Part shown: positions 27,456-32,000 of the stretch, piece after piece
How positions within the stretch are numbered: position 1 is the first letter of the stretch
Layout: each line of letters opens with the position of its first letter
Assembly (NCBI GenBank): GCA_030668875.1
Contig: DAOVER010000002.1
Coordinates: 60,001 to 92,000, forward strand
Direction: 5' to 3'
Length of the DNA stretch: 32,000 bases
Origin: Candidatus Heimdallarchaeota archaeon
GTDB taxonomy: Archaea; Asgardarchaeota; Heimdallarchaeia; Heimdallarchaeales; Heimdallarchaeaceae
Notes under the pieces: generated by a model
Told to the model about the DNA's origin: nothing
Database searches by the model: none
What the model saw: the letters and a program-made list of their open reading frames with translations, nothing else
Made by a program: the position numbers and the translations under genes

Positions 27456-28178
27456 TCACACCTCTTCCTTATCTTTCTTCTCAACCAAAGTTTTTTCTTC
27501 TTCTTCCAATTCAAGAGATTTATCCTGTCGTTGAATATCTTTCCTCCTTAGTAAGTTTAGTGTGCTTGCTAATTGGAAAAGACCAAGAATTATCATAAAT
27601 TGAGCGAATAGGATTAAAGCGAGTATGGTGAATGCTAACCAACTAGGTAATTGTAATTGTTGAGGATAAATATACTCACTATACCAAGACAATACACTTG
27701 GAAAGAATAGAACTAAAAATCCTATGGGAAGAAGAAACTCAGATTTTCTGTTAATATCATTTTTATCTAGCAAGTCATCAAAGAAGAATTTATTTAATGT
27801 AAATGATGCTACTAATGTTACATAAAAAACAATAATTAAAGCTAGCCTTACGAAGATGACAGGAGAAGAATTCCATATCTCTTCTGTACCAAGAATGTAA
27901 TAAAGAATTGTTATGCATATGTCAGATATTGCACTAACTAAAAACATTATACTAATAAGTAACCAAAATTTGAGCTCTCGATTTTCTCTTCCTGCTCGTA
28001 TGATCCCTATTACAAATAGTAGAATCACACAATCAAAAGCTACTGATAGAATCAATGGTAAATTTGGATATGAAACTGCAAGCGGAGTTGTATTGCTTAT
28101 TGTAATTATAGTTTGAATCAAAACCATAGTCCAAGTAGCGTAGAAAAGATGTTTTGCAATATCCTTGGACGTATCCAT
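27456..28178 (-). CDS. 6-TM membrane protein (second of three tandem paralogues)
   Basis: ATG 28178 lies 4 nt after the upstream stop, with SD-like AGGTGA. LLPIGF and ILGLFQL motifs; acidic/basic tail. Confidence 0.75.
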   Translation of the reverse strand: MDTSKDIAKHLFYATWTMVLIQTIITISNTTPLAVSYPNLPLILSVAFDCVILLFVIGIIRAGRENRELKFWLLISIMFLVSAISDICITILYYILGTEEIWNSSPVIFVRLALIIVFYVTLVASFTLNKFFFDDLLDKNDINRKSEFLLPIGFLVLFFPSVLSWYSEYIYPQQLQLPSWLAFTILALILFAQFMIILGLFQLASTLNLLRRKDIQRQDKSLELEEEEKTLVEKKDKEEV

Positions 28179-28182
28179 TTTT

Positions 28183-29190
28183 TCACCTAGTGATGTAAGG
28201 GTTTGTTTCACCACAATTTGAACAAAATACTGCATCATGTTCAAGTTCTAGACCACATTTGACACAGAACATTTTTTTGCCTTTTAATTCTTCAGGAGGA
28301 ATTATTGTGGACTTGTAATCAATTTCGTCTTCTTTTCTTTGTGAGGGAGCAATGGGTCTTTGTCTACTCAAACCTAGCATTGTCTGTGCAGGTTTCTGAG
28401 TTCTTTGAGCCCTTTGTTGAGTCATTGCAGCCTTCCGGGCTTCTTGTTTTTCAAAGAATCCTTCTGGAAGCTTATCTAGAATGCCATAAGCTCGTCGTAA
28501 ATACCAAAAACCCATAATAACCATAACAACAGCTGCAATACCCATGAAATATGCTGTATTCACGAATGCTTCAGATCCTTCATTAGGAACTCTCCTTCCA
28601 TTAACATCAATGTGTGTTACCGAATCTAAAGGTACTACCATGTACATAACAAACCTCACTAATAGCAATGCATATCCAATTGGGAGGGATAATTGACCTT
28701 TGAAGATATTTCTCTTTTCCTGTCTAAATCCATCTAAAACCATTTTCATAAATATAAAACCAGCTAGCAAAGAAACATATGAAACAATAGTCAATATGTC
28801 GCTAGTAAGTTCATTGGAATCTGATGTGAGAATTATATTAGTTACAGTTAGACCATCAATTATATGTCCTGGTAAACTGATTAATCCGCCTATGAATACT
28901 AGAATTGAAGAAAACAACAAATAGATGTTTTTCTCCTCTCTATAGAAGAGAAAGAAACCAACCGCTAACCCTATAATAACTATGTTAGAAACGATATATA
29001 ATGCAACTGAATATAGGCTTATGTCCGCATCTGTATTAAAGAACATTTCAATACCTTTTGCAATCACGATGATCAGTGTAGTCCAAGTTATTATCTTTCT
29101 TGTTCTATTAGAAATTTTTTTCTCGGATTGAACAACTTCTGCAACTGCGATATCTTCACCAGTAAATTGTAGTTTAATTTCTTTTGACAT
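28183..29190 (-). CDS. 6-TM membrane protein with C-terminal zinc ribbon (first of three tandem paralogues)
   Basis: LAGFIFM...SLPIGY...IMGFWYL motifs, a Gln/Arg/Pro linker, then FCVKCGLELEHDAVFCSNCG. Confidence 0.8.
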   Translation of the reverse strand: MSKEIKLQFTGEDIAVAEVVQSEKKISNRTRKIITWTTLIIVIAKGIEMFFNTDADISLYSVALYIVSNIVIIGLAVGFFLFYREEKNIYLLFSSILVFIGGLISLPGHIIDGLTVTNIILTSDSNELTSDILTIVSYVSLLAGFIFMKMVLDGFRQEKRNIFKGQLSLPIGYALLLVRFVMYMVVPLDSVTHIDVNGRRVPNEGSEAFVNTAYFMGIAAVVMVIMGFWYLRRAYGILDKLPEGFFEKQEARKAAMTQQRAQRTQKPAQTMLGLSRQRPIAPSQRKEDEIDYKSTIIPPEELKGKKMFCVKCGLELEHDAVFCSNCGETNPYITR

Positions 29191-29327
29191 CTAAATTTAT
29201 CTTGACTGCCTAATATTTAAATATGCACAATTATGAGCAATTTCAAAGGTATTATTGTGTTTTTGTATAGTATGAATGAAAACAAAAGAGGTAAAGTATA
29301 TAAGTACGTTTTGTCTCTTTTTTTTTG

Positions 29328-29852
29328 ATGAGATTATCTTCCTCTTTGTCGCTGCTAGTTTTTACCTTAGCTTTTTTAAGCGTTCTAACTCCTGCCATGT
29401 ATGATTCTGAGGGATTTGCTCTTAACTGGATTGACATCCATGAATCTCCTGTTCTGTGGATTCTACTTGCAGCAACAATGCTCGTAGGATTACATGATGT
29501 TGAATTACTTTATGGAATAAAGTTTCTGAGAAGCTCAAATAGTAGAATATTACGTATTTTACTCATTGCAGTAGCTGTAGGTATGTCGTACGCTATGGAA
29601 TTATCTGTAAATTACCATTTATCAGGACTTACCTTCTGGACTGGAAGTATCATCTTTCGTTTCCCTGCTAATGCTTCTATACACGATGGTATTGGGATAG
29701 GTTATCATTTGGTTCGTTTGTGCCGTATCATATTGCTCTTTGGCCTTCTCGAAGCTCTTATTGAGAAAGATCCTAAGAAAGGTAGTATCCATATTGAAAA
29801 ATTATATGAAGATTCCTTCACAAAGGATAAGAAGAAGGAAAACAGTTTTTAA
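29328..29852 (+). CDS. Hypothetical membrane protein (about 4 TM)
   Basis: Hydrophobic segments with five His residues near the helices and a charged C-terminal tail. Divergent from the 6-TM operon. Confidence 0.65.
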   Translation: MRLSSSLSLLVFTLAFLSVLTPAMYDSEGFALNWIDIHESPVLWILLAATMLVGLHDVELLYGIKFLRSSNSRILRILLIAVAVGMSYAMELSVNYHLSGLTFWTGSIIFRFPANASIHDGIGIGYHLVRLCRIILLFGLLEALIEKDPKKGSIHIEKLYEDSFTKDKKKENSF

Positions 29853-29874
29853 TTGAAGTTGACCTTACTTCAAT
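29852..29874. promoter_or_regulatory. Perfect 8-bp inverted repeat (terminator or operator candidate)
   Basis: ATTGAAGT-tgacctt-ACTTCAAT directly after the 29328 gene stop and abutting TATAAAA (29874-29880) upstream of the next gene. Confidence 0.4.
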
Positions 29875-29895
29875 ATAAAACCCCATTTGATTGTG

Positions 29896-30954
29896 ATGAC
29901 AGATACAATATTTATTCCCTATGTCTCATTGCTAGTCTTAGATGAGATGGGGATGACTTTAAGAAGTTCTATATCCAACCCAGATATCTCAAGAGAAGAA
30001 ATAATGGGGATGGGAAATTTCTACAGTCCAGTTATATCTGCTTCATCACCCAATCTAGAGATTTATGGACCATTACCCATTCCACATTTTGGGAAATATC
30101 ATCTACTTATTGTGTCTTTTCGCAAAGCTGATTCTGAAAATAGAGTAATGAGATCAAAGGCTACAGACAATTTGTCATTCTGTCAATTACTAATTATCTA
30201 TGACAAAAAATGCGACCAGAAAGTAAAATTTGGTCATAGCAAAATCTATGATACCGTTGAATCTTTCTTACAGCAATTTACAGACATCAAACAAATAACT
30301 GATAATAGTTTGATTTTTCTAAGTGAGTCGCTTATTGAAAACATCTTGCTAGATGAACAGATAAAGTCAAAGAGTTTAGAGGATGTTGTACGTGACATAG
30401 CTTCTCGTTTTAATACAATTCAACAAATTTCTAACCTTCTTAATCGAAGAACCAAAATAGGGATTATTACTTCTGACTCGCTTTCTTATAACCTAATAAT
30501 TCAGTCCCTTTTCCATTATCAGAATATAGATTTTATCTATGAATTTAGTAGAAATGAGTTTATTAGCAGAATTGATACATATTTTATGAGAATAGTGTTG
30601 ACACTTCTATTTGACTTAGAAACGATTGCTGGAAAAGAGTATTTTAGAGAGATGGACTATTATATCTATTTAGCTTCATGTGAGGATATAACATCAGCTA
30701 CTAGACATATAAGAAATATTGATGAATTGAAAAAACGTGATCCTAAATCAAAAATCTTCTTAGTTACCTTTGAGAAAGCAGAGCAAATAGATTTAAACGT
30801 TAAAAAGGCTCTTTTTGCTGAATCAGAACGTAGGAAGAATGTTCAACTAATGATAACGGTTGGAGATTTGTTTAGAACTTTAGACAATGCGGTGTATTTG
30901 ATACTTAACGATGTATTAGAGTTAAGAAATATTCTTCTTTCAACAAATATTTGA
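29896..30954 (+). CDS. Longin/uDENN-like domain fused to a degenerate Ras-fold domain (paralogue of 6557..7552)
   Basis: IYGPLPIP...LIVSFRKADSENRVMR...QLLIIY. C-terminus RTKIGII...YFREMDYYIYL...SKIFLVTFEK follows Ras strand order with no Walker A motif. Confidence 0.55.
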   Translation: MTDTIFIPYVSLLVLDEMGMTLRSSISNPDISREEIMGMGNFYSPVISASSPNLEIYGPLPIPHFGKYHLLIVSFRKADSENRVMRSKATDNLSFCQLLIIYDKKCDQKVKFGHSKIYDTVESFLQQFTDIKQITDNSLIFLSESLIENILLDEQIKSKSLEDVVRDIASRFNTIQQISNLLNRRTKIGIITSDSLSYNLIIQSLFHYQNIDFIYEFSRNEFISRIDTYFMRIVLTLLFDLETIAGKEYFREMDYYIYLASCEDITSATRHIRNIDELKKRDPKSKIFLVTFEKAEQIDLNVKKALFAESERRKNVQLMITVGDLFRTLDNAVYLILNDVLELRNILLSTNI

Positions 30955-30988
30955 AAAGTATGTCTACGAGGTTCTAATCCACTTGATT

Positions 30989-31729
30989 TTATTTTTTGTT
31001 TTCTAACCACTTCTCGATTATTCCGAATAATTGGAATCTACCTGCATCTTTTGGAATCACGTGACCTCCTTTCTCAATCCACGCCAATTCCTTATCAGAG
31101 GAAGCAACGTTGTCATAGATCCAACTTGGAAATCTTGCAGGTATACTAGGATCATTTTTACTCTGAACAACCAAAATCGGCACAGTAATCTTTGGAATAA
31201 GTTTTTTCACCCTTACTAATAACTTATGTAGCTCTGCTATGCTTTTTAATGGATATTTTCCATAGGCTTTGTGACTCTCTAAAGAATCTAGATCTTCCCA
31301 TCCAGTTTCTATATTTTTCTTGTATTTATAGAAACTATGAATGGGCAAAATCCTTACTAATAACATTCGCCAATCTATTGGTTTGTATGGGGCAGCCATC
31401 GCTATAATTCCTGCAATATCAGGATTGTTTGCTCCTAGATACAAAGTAATCGCTCCCCCCATAGACAATCCACCTATGAAGACTTTGTTATACTTTTTAC
31501 AAAGATCTTTAAGTTGATTTTGAGCATATTTCATCCACTCTTCCCATTTTGTATTAGCCATATTCTCAATAGTAGTTTCATGCCCTGGTAGAGTGATATT
31601 GTTAACATAGTATCCTTTGCTAACTAAGAATTCTTCTAATGGAACCATCTCATAATGTGTTCCTGTAAAACCATGTATTAATAAAACAGCAGTATTCTTT
31701 GTATTGGAAGATATGTTTGATGAAATCAT
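30989..31729 (-). CDS. Alpha/beta hydrolase (carboxylesterase / monoacylglycerol-lipase-like)
   Basis: LLIHGFTG oxyanion motif, GLSMGG nucleophile elbow, NDPSI (Asp), GGHVI (His). Confidence 0.92.
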   Translation of the reverse strand: MISSNISSNTKNTAVLLIHGFTGTHYEMVPLEEFLVSKGYYVNNITLPGHETTIENMANTKWEEWMKYAQNQLKDLCKKYNKVFIGGLSMGGAITLYLGANNPDIAGIIAMAAPYKPIDWRMLLVRILPIHSFYKYKKNIETGWEDLDSLESHKAYGKYPLKSIAELHKLLVRVKKLIPKITVPILVVQSKNDPSIPARFPSWIYDNVASSDKELAWIEKGGHVIPKDAGRFQLFGIIEKWLENKK

Positions 31730-31812
31730 TGTATTTTATTTTTCAATCCTATTAATAAATGGTCTCTTCCTATCATAGAAACACTCAATAACGTAATTTA
31801 CTATTACTCTCT

Positions 31813-32000
31813 GTGATTGATGCTATTTGGTATTGGATTATAATTGGTATCCTTTCTATAATCCTAATTGTCTGGTTAATATTTGCAATTTACCGTAATA
31901 TCAGATTTGAAGCAATTCAAGCATTCGGATATGTCTTCTTGATATTAGGGCTGTCATTTACTCTAGGTGAGTACCTTCCAATCCCTTATTACCAACATAT
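31813..32000 (+). CDS. Membrane protein, N-terminal fragment (runs off the window end; absent from ORF track)
   Basis: GTG at 31813 opens VIDAIWYWIIIGILSIILIVWLIFAIYRNIRFEAIQAFGYVFLILGLSFTLGEYLP..., open to base 32000; two TM helices visible. Confidence 0.6.
   Translation, partial: MIDAIWYWIIIGILSIILIVWLIFAIYRNIRFEAIQAFGYVFLILGLSFTLGEYLPIPYYQH

Noticed and set aside
849-31219. Short overlapping or antisense ORFs in the track (e.g. 849..1055, 1238..1513, 2935..3339, 5025..5402, 12325..12522, 14431..14823, 27107..27319, 29252..29437, 31031..31219)
   Set aside because: They lie within or antisense to longer, well-supported genes, have no motifs and show the composition typical of shadow ORFs.
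1-32000. CRISPR array, IS elements, prophage, rRNA or tRNA
   Set aside because: I saw no spaced direct repeats, transposase/integrase/capsid motifs or GC-rich structured RNA segments. The LVIVD and TPR repeats are protein-level only.

Overview
AT-rich (roughly 30% GC by eye), gene-dense archaeal chromosome segment with about 28 CDS. I found no rRNA, tRNA, CRISPR array, transposase or integrase. The gene content (a Rab-like GTPase, several longin/uDENN-like domains, a PCI-like winged helix, TPR solenoids, a PEF-CTERM-like surface anchor, TATA-like boxes about 19-27 nt before start codons) points to an Asgard archaeon; Heimdallarchaeia is my guess and is inference only. Housekeeping-type genes: acyl-CoA ligase (partial), OSBS/N-succinylamino-acid racemase plus GNAT, PflA-like radical SAM, DUF123 GIY-YIG, LVIVD beta-propeller, M14 carboxypeptidase, UDP-GlcNAc 2-epimerase, TauE/SafE and an alpha/beta hydrolase. 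Main leads: (1) a dispersed small-GTPase toolkit of one intact Rab-like GTPase, three P-loop-dead Ras-fold proteins (two longin-fused paralogues, one wHTH-fused), a DENN/GAP1-like protein and a 7TM-longin fusion; (2) a 60-aa ORF missed by the ORF track, coupled to an RRE-radical SAM-SPASM enzyme, a candidate archaeal RiPP system; (3) a catalytically dead CofD-like domain fused to a PCI-like winged helix; (4) three translationally coupled, divergent paralogous 6-TM proteins. The ORF track gives the wrong strand for 23473..24789, which reads on the + strand. All domain calls are motif recognition by eye, not database searches.
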